A stretch of DNA of 64,000 bases from an uncultured virus (IMG/VR IMGVR_UViG_2667527737_000002) (IMGVR_UViG_2667527737_000002), one strand, 5' to 3'. Counted from the stretch's first letter, positions 29,402-40,421 are shown. Numbers and translations are program-made. The notes: generated by a model from the sequence alone, not told the origin.

Positions 29402-30683
29402 CATCCCTCAGGCTCGATTCCTCGCAATGGAGCTCAAATTTAAAGCCTACGTCGCCGGCTTCGGTTCTGGCAAGACGTGGGTCGGCTGCGGTGGTATCTG
29501 CAAAGGGATGTGGGAACACCCCAAAATCAACCAGGGTTACTTTGCGCCAACGTATCCGCAGATCCGTGACATCTTTTATCCCACTGTTGAGGAGGTGGCC
29601 CACGACTGGGGGCTGAATGTCAAAATCAACGAGGGAAACAAAGAGGTTCACTTCTACGCCGGGCGCCAGTACCGAGGAACGACGATTTGCCGCTCGATGG
29701 AGAAACCGCAAACCATCGTTGGTTTTAAAATCGGTAATGCGCTGATTGATGAGCTGGACGTAATGCCCACCAAAAAGGCGCAGTTAGCCTGGCGAAAAAT
29801 CATTGCTCGTATGCGTTATAACGTGGCCGGTCTTCGTAACGGGATCGACGTCACCACGACGCCGGAAGGGTTTAAATTCGTTTATCAGCAGTTCGCAAAG
29901 GCTGTACGCGATAAGCCTTCGCTCTCAACGCTCTACGGCCTGGTGCAGGCCTCGACGTTCGACAACGAAAAGAATCTGCCGCCGGACTATATCCCGTCGC
30001 TGATGGAGTCATACCCGCCGGAGCTGATCAAGGCTTATCTCCGTGGCCAGTTCACCAACCTTACCAGCGGGACGATTTACCATCAGTTTGACCGTAAGCT
30101 GAATAACTGTCGGGAGGAAGAGCAACCAGGTGAGCCGCTGTATATCGGTATGGATTTCAACGTCGGGAAGATGGCCGGGGTTGTTCATGTGTTACGTCTG
30201 GGTCTTCCGTTTGCGGTGAATGAAATTGTGAAGGCTTACGACACCCCTGACATGATCCGCATCATCAAAGAACGGTTCTGGCTGTACGACGGCAACGATT
30301 TTCGCAAGGTACGGGAAATCTATATTTACCCGGACGCTTCCGGCGATTCCCGCAAATCCAGCAATGCCAGCGCCACGGATATCGCCCAGCTTAAGCAGGC
30401 CGGCTTCAATGTGGTTGTTAATGCATCAAACCCGCCAGTGAAAGACCGCATCAACGCGATGAATGCCATGTTCTGCAATGGTAACGGTGAACGTCGCTAC
30501 AAAGTGAATGTAAAACGGTGCCCGGTGTACACCGAATCGCTTGAGCAACAGGTTTGGGGCGAAAACGGTGAGCCTGATAAAACGGCGGATAACGATCACC
30601 CCAACGATGCCGGTGGGTATTTCATTGTGAAGCAATTCCCGATCATCAAACCGACTGGAAATGTCACCCAACTGCGGATGTAA
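29379..30683 (+). CDS. Terminase large subunit
   Basis: GFGSGKT, LIDE, TTTPEG, GMDFN, DHPNDA. Confidence 0.93.
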   Translation: MAIAPTLNIPQARFLAMELKFKAYVAGFGSGKTWVGCGGICKGMWEHPKINQGYFAPTYPQIRDIFYPTVEEVAHDWGLNVKINEGNKEVHFYAGRQYRGTTICRSMEKPQTIVGFKIGNALIDELDVMPTKKAQLAWRKIIARMRYNVAGLRNGIDVTTTPEGFKFVYQQFAKAVRDKPSLSTLYGLVQASTFDNEKNLPPDYIPSLMESYPPELIKAYLRGQFTNLTSGTIYHQFDRKLNNCREEEQPGEPLYIGMDFNVGKMAGVVHVLRLGLPFAVNEIVKAYDTPDMIRIIKERFWLYDGNDFRKVREIYIYPDASGDSRKSSNASATDIAQLKQAGFNVVVNASNPPVKDRINAMNAMFCNGNGERRYKVNVKRCPVYTESLEQQVWGENGEPDKTADNDHPNDAGGYFIVKQFPIIKPTGNVTQLRM

Positions 30684-30687
30684 AACC

Positions 30688-32112
30688 ATGCCTGATATTT
30701 CAACGCCCAACCTCGACTATAACGACATGGTTGAGGCATGGGATATTAATGATGCGCTGATGGGCGGCACGCTGGAAATGCGCCGGCAGGGCAAGAAGTA
30801 TCTCCCGAAATGGCCGAACGAAGATCCTGAAAGTTATAAGGAGCGTTTGGCTTCGGCAACGTTACTCCCTGCCTATGAAGAGGCCATTAAACAAAACATC
30901 GGGCGAGTGTTTGCTGAGCCGACGGTATTGAGTGAGGATTCTCCTGAACAAATACGGGAGCTGTCGCCGGATATTGATATGGAAGGAAACCGGCTCGATG
31001 TCTGGGCACAGCAATTTTTCAGCATCGGATTCCAGTATGGTCTGGTACATGCGCTGGTGGATTTCCCGAAAATTGACCCGGAGGCAGTAAAAACTAAAGC
31101 CGACGAAAAAGCCGCGGGATCCCGCCCATATGCCACGATGTTAAATCCTCGCCAGGTCATCGGCTGGAAATCGAAAGTGGTTAAAGGGAAAGTGGTGTTG
31201 ACCGATCTGCGTATCAGAGAGGTCATCATTATTGATGGCGACGATTATGGGCAAACGAAAGTTGAGCAAATACGCCATATCATGCCGGGCAAGGTTGAAA
31301 TTTATCGCCGAAATAAAGGTGATAACGGCGAAAGCCAGTGGCAGATTCACGACGAGTGGGAAACCAGTCGCGATGATATTCCCCTGGTGACGCTTTACAC
31401 GAAACGCACTGGCTTTATGCGCGGTTCACCGCCACTGCTTAATCTCGCCTTACTGAATATCAAGCACTGGCAGAGTCAGAGTGAACAGGACAACATCCTT
31501 CATGTCGCTCGCGTGCCGTTGCTGGTGGCTTACGGTCTGGCTGATGGCGAAACGTTGACGATAGGTTCTTCTTCTGCGACTCGTTTCGATGACCGTCAGC
31601 GCCAGGGACTGGAATATGTCGAGCATACCGGGGCTGCGATTGAAGCCGGTAAGATTTCTCTTGAGGATCTGGAAAACCAGATGCGTCAGGCCGGCGCAAA
31701 ACTGCTGCGCGCGGAAAACACATCGACTAAATCCTTAGACCAGACTCACGAAGAGCGGATGCAGGAGAATTCACCTCTCTACACCATGGCAAGCTCGCTT
31801 GAGGATGCGCTCGATAATATCCTGCAGATTATGGCGGAATGGCTGGACGAGAAAGAGGGTGGCAATGTCGATGTACGCACCGAACTGGATGTTTCAGCCC
31901 AGACGTTTGATGCCGCAGCTGCAACAGCTGTTCAGTCGCTCCGTCAGGGCGGTGATATACGTCAGGTCGATGCTGTTCGCGTTTTGCAGGCCCTCAAATT
32001 TATCGATCCGGACGCGAAGCCCGAAGAGGTAATAGACGAGTTGCGGAATCAGCAGGTCACGCTGGCCGGCGGACTGAGTAACCCGGGTGGTGCAAATGGC
32101 AACGGCGAATGA
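30688..32112 (+). CDS. Portal protein (DUF4055-like)
   Basis: Size and position, YLPKWPNE, PPLLNLA. Confidence 0.85.
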   Translation: MPDISTPNLDYNDMVEAWDINDALMGGTLEMRRQGKKYLPKWPNEDPESYKERLASATLLPAYEEAIKQNIGRVFAEPTVLSEDSPEQIRELSPDIDMEGNRLDVWAQQFFSIGFQYGLVHALVDFPKIDPEAVKTKADEKAAGSRPYATMLNPRQVIGWKSKVVKGKVVLTDLRIREVIIIDGDDYGQTKVEQIRHIMPGKVEIYRRNKGDNGESQWQIHDEWETSRDDIPLVTLYTKRTGFMRGSPPLLNLALLNIKHWQSQSEQDNILHVARVPLLVAYGLADGETLTIGSSSATRFDDRQRQGLEYVEHTGAAIEAGKISLEDLENQMRQAGAKLLRAENTSTKSLDQTHEERMQENSPLYTMASSLEDALDNILQIMAEWLDEKEGGNVDVRTELDVSAQTFDAAAATAVQSLRQGGDIRQVDAVRVLQALKFIDPDAKPEEVIDELRNQQVTLAGGLSNPGGANGNGE

Positions 32113-33208
32113 CAAGCTTCAGGATGAATCGATAGCGCATGCGATATGGATAGCGCGGTACAGCACCAGTGTTGCAAACAGGATGATAAAAATCCTGAAT
32201 GACAGCGATGCGGAACTGACAGCCAGATTGCTGGTGGCGATGGATAGCCTGGATGCTGACAGCTTTACCGTGTCGCGACTGGAAGCGCTGCTCGTTAGTG
32301 TCAGAGCTCTTAATCGCGAGGCTGTGCAGTCAATGTACGCGGGACTATCTGATGAGCTGCAGCAACTCGCTCAGCACGAAGCAGGCTTTCAGCTGAGCCT
32401 GTTCCAGTTTGCGATCCCCGACGATGTGCTATCGCTTCACCCGCTGGTGGGCATTTCACCGGATGCCGTTTACGCAACTGCGATGGCACAGCCGTTTCAG
32501 GGGCGCTTGCTTTCGGAGTGGGCAGATAACCTTGAAGCTGACAGGATGGCAAGAATTTCCAATACAGTGCGGCAGGGTTTTCTCCTGGGCGATACGCATG
32601 AGCAAATCGCCAGAAAGGTCCGTGGTCATGCTAACCGTGGTTATCAGGATGGCGCGCTGCAGATGAGCCGAACCAATGCCGGCAGTATTGCAAAAACGGC
32701 TGTGGGGCATCTTGCTTCTACGGCCAGGAAAAGCTTTGCAGATGCGAACGATGACATTTTGAAGGGTAAGCAGTGGTTATCCACTTTGGATAACCGTACA
32801 TCAAAAGACTGTCGGATACGCGACCGCCTCAAGTACACACTGGATAACAAGCCGATCTGCCATAAGGTGCCGTATCTGCAGGGACCCGGGAAAATCCATT
32901 TCTGCTGTCGCAGCGTCGAAACCTACATCCTGAAATCGTCTGATGAGCTGGGTATTGCTGTTGGGCAAATATCAGATAGCTCACGTGCCAGCATGGACGG
33001 GCAGGTGCCTTCGGATACCGATTATCAGGGCTGGTTCTCGCGCCAGTCGTTCACGCGACAGTCCCAGATCGTTGGCGTAACCCGGGCCCGGCTGATTCGT
33101 GATGGCGGCATGTCGCCCGATGACTTCTACAACGACAAGGGCGAATGGCTGACTCTGGAGCAACTTCGTAACCTGGATGCTCAGGCGTTCAGCAACGCCA
33201 GACTTTAA
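32096..33208 (+). CDS. Minor head protein (SPP1 gp7/Mu F-like)
   Basis: STLDNRTS..C, HFCCRS. Confidence 0.85.
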   Translation: MATANDKLQDESIAHAIWIARYSTSVANRMIKILNDSDAELTARLLVAMDSLDADSFTVSRLEALLVSVRALNREAVQSMYAGLSDELQQLAQHEAGFQLSLFQFAIPDDVLSLHPLVGISPDAVYATAMAQPFQGRLLSEWADNLEADRMARISNTVRQGFLLGDTHEQIARKVRGHANRGYQDGALQMSRTNAGSIAKTAVGHLASTARKSFADANDDILKGKQWLSTLDNRTSKDCRIRDRLKYTLDNKPICHKVPYLQGPGKIHFCCRSVETYILKSSDELGIAVGQISDSSRASMDGQVPSDTDYQGWFSRQSFTRQSQIVGVTRARLIRDGGMSPDDFYNDKGEWLTLEQLRNLDAQAFSNARL

Positions 33209-33314
33209 AGCTTTTTAAGTCTTCAATCAGGCTGCCTCCGGGCGGCCTTTTTTATTGCCGTGATCCGGATGGTGAGCGGTGCAACGGTCGGATGACCACC
33301 GAAAAGGTAACCAC

Positions 33315-34079
33315 ATGAAACTGAAAACAGTCGAAGTTAACGGCAAAAGCTATGCAGAAGTCGATTCCAGCGGTTTACCCGTCTACGTCCACGATGATGG
33401 CCAGGAAGTTGGTTTTGATGCTGTGCAGGCCGTTGGGAAAATCTCTTCTCTGAATGGCGAGGCGAAATCTCATCGTGAAGCCAAAGAAGCAGCTGAAGCC
33501 AGTCTGGCTAAGTTTGCCAAAATCGGTGATCCGGCAAAGGCGCTCGAAGCGCTGGAGATGATGACTAAAATCGACCAGAAAAAACTGATCGACGCAGGCG
33601 CTGTTGATCAGGTTAAAGCAGATATCACCAAATCCTTCCAGGCCCAGCTTGATGAAGCTACTCAGCGTGCGACGACCCTTGAAGGCCAGCTTTATCAGGA
33701 AATGATCGGCGGTCGGTTCTCTGGCTCGAAATTCATCGCAGATAAAGTAGCAATTCCGGCAGATATGCTTCAGGCGCGGTTCGGTCAGTCCTTCAAAGTC
33801 GAGGACGGCAAAGTCGTTGCCTATGATGGCTCTGGCAACAAAATTTATTCCCGCTCGAAGCCGGGCGAACTGGCGGCCTTTGATGAGGCGCTGGAGTTCC
33901 TGGTGGAGCAGTACCCACAGAAAGACCACATTCTGAAGGCCAGCGGCAACCAGGGAGGCGGCTCACGGCAGTCTCAGCATTCACTCGGGCAGAAAACGAT
34001 GAAACGCGATGCGTTTACAAGTTTGAGCCCGACAGATCAGCAATCAACTCTCAAAGACGGTATCACCATCGTCGATTAA
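33315..34079 (+). CDS. Capsid scaffolding protein
   Basis: Coiled coil, precedes capsid. Confidence 0.75.
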   Translation: MKLKTVEVNGKSYAEVDSSGLPVYVHDDGQEVGFDAVQAVGKISSLNGEAKSHREAKEAAEASLAKFAKIGDPAKALEALEMMTKIDQKKLIDAGAVDQVKADITKSFQAQLDEATQRATTLEGQLYQEMIGGRFSGSKFIADKVAIPADMLQARFGQSFKVEDGKVVAYDGSGNKIYSRSKPGELAAFDEALEFLVEQYPQKDHILKASGNQGGGSRQSQHSLGQKTMKRDAFTSLSPTDQQSTLKDGITIVD

Positions 34080-34166
34080 TTCTTTGCCAGCCGCCGGATG
34101 GCTGCTGGTGCCGGAGCTGGATAGCTCAACCAACCCTATATTTTAATCTCCAAGGAATCCATACAC

Positions 34167-35303
34167 ATGGCTAATACGCTTACCGGGTTGATCCCGACTA
34201 TCTTCACGGCTCTGGATACCGTATCTCGCGAACAGGTCGGTTTTATCCCGGCTGTATCGCGTAATGCTAAAGCTGATGCGGCGGCGAAGGACCAGACTGT
34301 TACTGCGCCGGTTGCGCCACCGGCAACCACTGTTGATATTACCCCGGGGGCTACTGCGCCAAATGACAGCGACCAGACGATCGGCACCGTTGATGTCAAA
34401 ATCACCAAATCCAAAATGGCCCCGGTCAAATGGAACGGTGAGGAACAACTGGCGCTGGGGCCCGCAGGGACATACAACACCATTCTTGCTGATCAGTTTA
34501 AGCAGGCTTTTCGCGCGCTGGCTAATGAGATGGATGCAGATCTCGCGGCTCTGTATTTCGCATCCTCTCGTGCTGTTGGTACGGCCGGCACCGCTCCTTT
34601 CGGTATTGCAGGTGATTTGTCGGATGCGGCAAATGCGCGCCAGGTTCTCTCTGACAACGGTTCGCCGACAACTGATCTGCAGATGGTTCTCGGTTCTTCG
34701 GCTATCGCAAACCTCCGCGGTAAACAGTCTGTTCTGTTCAAAGTAAACGAGTCCGGTACTGATGCGCTTCTGCGCGAAGGTATCGTGGGGCGACTGGAAG
34801 GATTCAACATCCACGAATCCGCGCATGTTAAGAAACGCGCAGCATCTCCGGCTGCCGGATACCTGGTGAATGGAGCAAAAGCTGAAGGCGATATTCTGAT
34901 TGCCATTGATACCGGCACAGGTGCTTTTGCAGCGGGCGACATCGTGATGTTTGACGGGGACAGCAATAAATACCTTGTTGCTGCTGCGACGACCACAGCA
35001 ATCACCCTGGCTGCTCCTGGCTTACGTCAGGCACTGGCCGACAACACAGCTATTACCGCTGGTGGCGCCTACACCGCAAACATGGCGTTTGATCGCAATG
35101 CATTCCTGCTTGCATCCCGAACCCCGGCAATGCCGCAGGGCGGCGATACTGCGGATGATGTGATGAACGTTACTGATCCCGTATCTGGCATCACTTACCA
35201 GGTAGCACTGTACCGCCAGTATCGCCAGGTGCGTTACGAAGTCGGTTTGTCCTGGGGCGTAGCGGCAGTTAAGTCGGCGCACTCAGCGTTGTTGCTGGGC
35301 TGA
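34167..35303 (+). CDS. Major capsid protein (P22 coat-like)
   Basis: Size, position, composition. Confidence 0.85.
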   Translation: MANTLTGLIPTIFTALDTVSREQVGFIPAVSRNAKADAAAKDQTVTAPVAPPATTVDITPGATAPNDSDQTIGTVDVKITKSKMAPVKWNGEEQLALGPAGTYNTILADQFKQAFRALANEMDADLAALYFASSRAVGTAGTAPFGIAGDLSDAANARQVLSDNGSPTTDLQMVLGSSAIANLRGKQSVLFKVNESGTDALLREGIVGRLEGFNIHESAHVKKRAASPAAGYLVNGAKAEGDILIAIDTGTGAFAAGDIVMFDGDSNKYLVAAATTTAITLAAPGLRQALADNTAITAGGAYTANMAFDRNAFLLASRTPAMPQGGDTADDVMNVTDPVSGITYQVALYRQYRQVRYEVGLSWGVAAVKSAHSALLLG

Positions 35304-35342
35304 TAAACAGGGGCTTTGGCCCCTTTTTTTAGTGGAGGGCTA

Positions 35343-35555
35343 ATGGCCGGATTAACAAAAGAGCAGCGCGCCCAACGAGCTGCTGAGCAAACTGCGTCTA
35401 CGCAGGCGGATAACAACGAACCCGTATCGACCACATCGCAGCTGGTGGCGATGGTTACCGATTTTCCGGCATTCCCGGGTGCGCCCAATACCGCCAACGT
35501 TCACCCTGATGAAGTGGAGAACTGGAAGGCGCACGGCTGGAAAGAAATGGAGTGA
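35343..35555 (+). CDS. Hypothetical head-region protein
   Basis: GGAGG RBS, VHPDEVENW. Confidence 0.65.
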   Translation: MAGLTKEQRAQRAAEQTASTQADNNEPVSTTSQLVAMVTDFPAFPGAPNTANVHPDEVENWKAHGWKEME

Positions 35556-35558
35556 TGC

Positions 35559-35969
35559 ATGATCACTTTCATCACCGTTGAAGACGTCAATTCGATTCTC
35601 GGTGCCACCTGGACAGATGAAAGCAAAAAAGCCAAATCTGTGCTGATGGCTAATACCTGGATGAATGGACTTAACCTGAAACTGCCGTGCAATAAGGCAA
35701 CTCACGAAATCATCATTCCTGACGATGTGAAACAAGCTGGCGCCTATGTGGCGCTGGCGGCGGCAAATGGCGGGCTGTATCAGCAGAAAACTGATTCGGG
35801 GGTATTGCTGAGTAAGGCGGTTGACGCTGACGACGTTTCTGTTTCAAAGACCTTCGCAGAACTCGGTACCAACAGTTCGGCATTACTTGATTCGGACCTG
35901 CAGCTGGCGCTAGCCATGCTTAAGCCCTATGGCGTTAGTCAGTCACAGGTGCGGCTGGTGAGGGGGTGA
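35559..35969 (+). CDS. Head-tail adaptor
   Basis: Position, IPDDVKQA. Confidence 0.7.
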   Translation: MITFITVEDVNSILGATWTDESKKAKSVLMANTWMNGLNLKLPCNKATHEIIIPDDVKQAGAYVALAAANGGLYQQKTDSGVLLSKAVDADDVSVSKTFAELGTNSSALLDSDLQLALAMLKPYGVSQSQVRLVRG

Positions 35970-35970
35970 T

Positions 35971-36354
35971 ATGGGCATTCGTGACGAGTTGCAGACCGAT
36001 GTCGCCGCAGCCTTCGATACCGATCTGCAGGATGCGGTTAACGAATTCGCCGGAAGCTACACCGTTCGAGGTGCCTGGGACCCGGTGACGGAAACCGGCA
36101 CTGAAACGCAGGTGACTTACTCGGGGCGTGGAGTGCTGGCGCGCTATAAACTGCGCCGTATCGATGGCGCTAACATTCTGCATGGTGATGTGAAGCTAAC
36201 CGCCCTGGTTAACGAGGTGACTGATAAGCCGGCCGTCGGGCATATCATCACCGCACCGGATCCGATTACGGGTGAGCTTCAGCGTTACGACATCATAACC
36301 GCTTCTGCCGACTCTGCTGGCGCTGCGTACTCCATTCAACTGCGGAGGGCGTGA
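35971..36354 (+). CDS. Head closure protein
   Basis: Position, WDPVT, IQLRR end. Confidence 0.65.
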   Translation: MGIRDELQTDVAAAFDTDLQDAVNEFAGSYTVRGAWDPVTETGTETQVTYSGRGVLARYKLRRIDGANILHGDVKLTALVNEVTDKPAVGHIITAPDPITGELQRYDIITASADSAGAAYSIQLRRA

Positions 36355-36355
36355 T

Positions 36356-36907
36356 ATGGCTAAGGGCTGGAACATTGACCCGGCGGCATTCGCCGGGCTG
36401 GTGGCCGAAGATGTCAAACTACGCCAGCGGACAATCGCCATTCAACTGCTGAATGAAATTGTTCAACGGTCGCCGGTAGGAAACCCGGAGCTGTGGGCCA
36501 TCAACGCGACCGCGGTTCAATACAACAAAGCGGTAGGTGAATGGAACGAATTTCTTTATGCCGATCCTGCTAACCTGACCAAAACCGGAAGGCTCAGGAA
36601 GAAAGTTCGAGTTAATGACAGCATGGATATCAAACGTCCGGCAGATTATCGCGCGGGTACGTTCAGGGCATCGCATTTTGTCAGCATCGGCGAACCTAAT
36701 CATTCCGTCCCGACCGAACCGGATCCGCGCGGGACAATGACGTTTCTTAATGGCAAAAATATTATTGACCAGGCGCCAGCCTACTCGGTGATTTACATCC
36801 AGTCGAACCTGCCTTACTCCGTGCCTCTGGAGAATGGCCACTCAACACAGGCGCCGACAGGCGTCTATGCCGTCTCGTTTAATGGTGTGATTCAGGCCTA
36901 CAAATGA
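36356..36907 (+). CDS. HK97 gp10-like neck protein
   Basis: SPVG, NLPY..LENGHSTQAP. Confidence 0.75.
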   Translation: MAKGWNIDPAAFAGLVAEDVKLRQRTIAIQLLNEIVQRSPVGNPELWAINATAVQYNKAVGEWNEFLYADPANLTKTGRLRKKVRVNDSMDIKRPADYRAGTFRASHFVSIGEPNHSVPTEPDPRGTMTFLNGKNIIDQAPAYSVIYIQSNLPYSVPLENGHSTQAPTGVYAVSFNGVIQAYK

Positions 36908-37296
36908 CCCTTACAGAAATCAGAAACGCTGTCATTTCCCGAATGGCGGCACAGACCGCTATTGCCTCTGATGCGGTGGATTATCCCAATGGTCCGGTAT
37001 TTGACCCCAGTAACCGCGATATCTGGGCCCGTCTCACCAACATTGCAGGGCAGGCAGGCACAACCGAGATCGGGGATGGGCCGGTCGTGTACAGAACAGG
37101 TTTACTCATCATTCAGCTGTTTGTTCCGGTCGGCTCCGGAACGTTGCTTATCTCCCGGACGGCCGATCAGCTAACGGAGCTATTCGAGTTTAAGGACGAC
37201 GGAAAGCTGAGTTATTTCGCTGTATCTGCTGTGCCGGCGGGTGAAACCGATGGCTGGTTACAGCTCAATCTTCAAATTCCTTATCGCGCTCTGTAG
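36904..37296 (+). CDS. Tail terminator-like protein
   Basis: Position before tail tube. Confidence 0.7.
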   Translation: MTLTEIRNAVISRMAAQTAIASDAVDYPNGPVFDPSNRDIWARLTNIAGQAGTTEIGDGPVVYRTGLLIIQLFVPVGSGTLLISRTADQLTELFEFKDDGKLSYFAVSAVPAGETDGWLQLNLQIPYRAL

Positions 37297-37319
37297 CGCA
37301 CAAAAAACAGGAGGCTCCT

Positions 37320-38492
37320 GTGAGCTCAGGTGCAAAAGTAGTAGCCGCGTTTATTCGCGAGACAACGCCAGGAATCACGCCAACAGCAGGGGCGTGGAAC
37401 CTGCTGCGGCGTTCTTCATTTGGTCTGAAACCAACGCAGAACACCAACGACAATGACGAAATCGCTGGTGACCGCATGGCGCAGGGTGTTTCACGCGGCA
37501 CTGTGGATGTCGGCGGCGATGTCGGCACGCGGTTTCGCTGGAACCAGCATGATGATTTTCTTGCCAGCTGTTTCGGTTCCGAATGGCAAAATAACGTGCT
37601 GACGATGGGTAATGGTCGTATTACGTTCTCCGTGGCGACCTTTTCCAGTGATGTGGGGATCGCCCAGATTGCCCGCGGTTGCCAGGTTGGCACCTTCCAG
37701 ATGGAAATCCCGGCCGATGGTGATATCACTGCAACCATTACGTTTGCAGGGCTGGACTGGGAGACGAAGGGGGACGATACCAGCTATTTCACCACGCCGG
37801 TGGATTTGGCGGGGGCGCTGCGTTACTCCTTTAAGGAGGTCACCAATATCCGGCTGAATGGTGTTGATGGCGGGACAGGCTTCTGCGTCGACACCTTCAA
37901 CATCCAGTTCAACAACAATATGCAGACCCAGCGCTGCATCGGTACCGGTTCGGCATTCGCCGGCGCAAACATTCCGACAACCTTTACCCCGTCAGGTCAA
38001 ATCACGCTGTCATGGTCAAAGGCTGCCTGGGAGGTTTACAAAAAAACGTTCACAGGCGAAACGGTGCCGCTTAGCTTCACGCTGGAGAATGCTGAAGGCG
38101 CTTATACCTTCGATTTCCCGGAAGTGCAGATATCCGGCGACTGGCCGGATGCGGGGAGCACTGACATTGTTCAGGTTCAGCTGGATATCACCGCGGCCAA
38201 TACGCCGCCGACGATTACGCGCGTGCCTAAAGTGCCAGCGACGGCAATCAGTGTTGCGCCAGCCACTTCAACTGGGGCCGTGGGATCCACGGTGACGTTA
38301 ACCGCCACGCTTACGCCAGCTGATTCAACTGATACCGTCCAGTGGACGTCATCGGATCCGACTATCGCCAGTGTGGTTTCTACCGGGGAGAAAACAGCAA
38401 CAGTCACCAGAAATGCTGCTGGTACTGCAATCATCACTGGTAAGGCCCGCACCTTTACGGCAACGTCTGAAATCACCGTTACCGCGCCTTAA
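37320..38492 (+). CDS. Tail tube protein with C-terminal Ig-like domain
   Basis: WTSSDPTIASV Big_2-like end. Confidence 0.85.
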   Translation: MSSGAKVVAAFIRETTPGITPTAGAWNLLRRSSFGLKPTQNTNDNDEIAGDRMAQGVSRGTVDVGGDVGTRFRWNQHDDFLASCFGSEWQNNVLTMGNGRITFSVATFSSDVGIAQIARGCQVGTFQMEIPADGDITATITFAGLDWETKGDDTSYFTTPVDLAGALRYSFKEVTNIRLNGVDGGTGFCVDTFNIQFNNNMQTQRCIGTGSAFAGANIPTTFTPSGQITLSWSKAAWEVYKKTFTGETVPLSFTLENAEGAYTFDFPEVQISGDWPDAGSTDIVQVQLDITAANTPPTITRVPKVPATAISVAPATSTGAVGSTVTLTATLTPADSTDTVQWTSSDPTIASVVSTGEKTATVTRNAAGTAIITGKARTFTATSEITVTAP

Positions 38493-38545
38493 TTTACCTG
38501 GCCCGTTCTGCAGTCATCGCGGATCGGGCTTTTTTGGGAGTCTTT

Positions 38546-39028
38546 ATGCTGATTATTTCTTCTCAAATTGATTTGAACGGAGAACGCTGGTTTTTCCCTT
38601 TCAAAAAGCCAGCAGGAAGTAAAAAGAAATTCACGCCGGAAGACGAGGCGCTATTTAAACTCCGTCTGCTGGTGGCCAGTAGCGAGAATCCACAATACCG
38701 CTCACGCAATGCGCTTGTGCGGCGCCATATCGACAAAATGGACGCGAGCTACCAGGTCGGTACGGATGCTTTCGATCTCGCCAGTGTGGGCGAGATTGAC
38801 TCGGTTGATGATCTTCTCATCGACAATTGCGCGCGCTTTCTTCTGAAAGACTGGGAAGGCGTGGGGGAGCTGGTGGATGGTACGGAGACGGCGGTAGCGT
38901 ATACACCGGAGCGTGGTGTTGCGTTACTGAAGCAAAACCCCTCTCTGTACTGGCTTATTCTGGCTGAGGCGGCGAATATTGCTCAGGGTAAGGAGCAGCA
39001 GACTCAGGAAACCGTAAAAAAGCCATAG
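38546..39028 (+). CDS. Tail assembly chaperone (G-like)
   Basis: LLKDWEGV, ends at slippery A AAA AAG. Confidence 0.8.
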   Translation: MLIISSQIDLNGERWFFPFKKPAGSKKKFTPEDEALFKLRLLVASSENPQYRSRNALVRRHIDKMDASYQVGTDAFDLASVGEIDSVDDLLIDNCARFLLKDWEGVGELVDGTETAVAYTPERGVALLKQNPSLYWLILAEAANIAQGKEQQTQETVKKP

Positions 39029-39363
39029 AGGCCCAAAAGTGGCTAAAGGAATTCGCCGGCGAGCAGGGCGAGAAAGCAAAGTGGCGCAGGGAGAAACTAA
39101 ATCTCCCGCCCATTCCGGAGCCGGAAATTGATGCGGTCACTGGGGAGATCCTCAACGCTTACGCCATGATATCGCGCGGCAGGAAGTATGCCGGCATGGC
39201 CGGAGTGCCGCTCCCTCTATCCCTGATAGATATCGAACTTTACCTGGCATCGCGCACCATCCTGATCGACCGCATTGAATTTGATGCAGCGATACTGGCC
39301 CTTGATGATGCCTGGAGGGATGAGTGGTCGAAAGAACAGAAGAAGTTTAGCAAGCACAAATGA
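39016..39363 (+). CDS. -1 frameshift extension of tail chaperone (GT-like)
   Basis: AAAAAAG at 39016-39022; -1 frame open to 39363. Confidence 0.8.
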   Translation, partial: KKAIEAQKWLKEFAGEQGEKAKWRREKLNLPPIPEPEIDAVTGEILNAYAMISRGRKYAGMAGVPLPLSLIDIELYLASRTILIDRIEFDAAILALDDAWRDEWSKEQKKFSKHK

Positions 39364-39434
39364 TCTTCAACCTTGGTAAGGGCTGCAGACTATAAAACGA
39401 AAGGTAGCTCCCAATGATGCCATGTTGCGGGTAA

Positions 39435-39561
39435 TATGATTACATTGATGTATTCAATAACCGCTCCCGGCGCCACAACCGCCTCGGCTGTGTCAGTTTG
39501 GACGCCTTTGAACAGGCCTCGGCGTGAGGACAGAATTTGTCTACGGGTGTGGGGCAGTCCA
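39435..39561 (+). mobile_element. 3' end remnant of an IS3-family element
   Basis: YDYIDVFNNRSRRHNRLGCVSLDAFEQ* followed by an IR-like end in ...TCCA. Confidence 0.6.
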
Positions 39562-39654
39562 TATAAGCAGTTGATAATTGCTATGCAAAACGTGTACTTA
39601 TGCCTTATCTTATGAACATAATTCATTCAAACATATAGTAATGGTTGGAACGAC

Positions 39655-40059
39655 ATGCTCATACCTGTAACGTCAGATGGAAAAAAACTGGTTGAATCAG
39701 GCCTATTCAATAGTACAGTGTCGGCTAGCAACGATACTACTATTCATTTTAATTACAACGGGCTAAGAGTAAAATTAGTTATAAACGTCTATAAAGACCA
39801 AGCTAATAGTTCACCTCCTACCAATGTTCAGGATTTCGTAGCAACGGTTGAGGATGGCGTAGTTGTCATGAAGCAACCATATAGATTTTTTGACCAACCA
39901 GGAATATCTCCAGGGTATACCGGAATGTTAGTTCCGTTCGAGGTTGGAGTGAAACCAGACCAAAAAAAGATTTACATGACTTGGAGTATTGAGTTGGCTA
40001 AGTCGGTTGGGGGCACCTTGATGGCTATAACACACTATTCATTTTATGAGGATGAGTAA
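39655..40059 (+). CDS. Moron hypothetical protein, beta-rich
   Basis: 134-aa AT-rich ORF, TAATG-coupled to next. Confidence 0.7.
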   Translation: MLIPVTSDGKKLVESGLFNSTVSASNDTTIHFNYNGLRVKLVINVYKDQANSSPPTNVQDFVATVEDGVVVMKQPYRFFDQPGISPGYTGMLVPFEVGVKPDQKKIYMTWSIELAKSVGGTLMAITHYSFYEDE

Positions 40060-40421
40060 TGGAGGAAATGATTAAGCCATCACTTGGGAAAAGTGATACG
40101 GATAAGCCCAAGAGCTCACAGCCTTCTGTTAATAGCGAGTCTAAATCAGGGATGTCTTATCCTGGTTCAATCGCTGCTCAAATCGGCACCGGTGAACATG
40201 CAAAAGATTCTTTTATTTGGATGATCCTAAAATATTGCTTTTATCTTGGCGCAATTTTTAGCGGGGGGATGATGCTGGCATACTTCCATTATGTATTCGA
40301 TAGAAATGAACCAGATAAGATTGATATCATTGCAGCGCTTAAAGATGTTTGGTCAATTTTCACTCCAATACTAACTTTAGCTTTAGGTTATGCTTTTGGG
40401 AAGAGAGAACAAAAACCTTAG
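40059..40421 (+). CDS. Moron two-TM membrane protein
   Basis: Two hydrophobic helices, LALGYAFG. Confidence 0.75.
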   Translation: MEEMIKPSLGKSDTDKPKSSQPSVNSESKSGMSYPGSIAAQIGTGEHAKDSFIWMILKYCFYLGAIFSGGMMLAYFHYVFDRNEPDKIDIIAALKDVWSIFTPILTLALGYAFGKREQKP

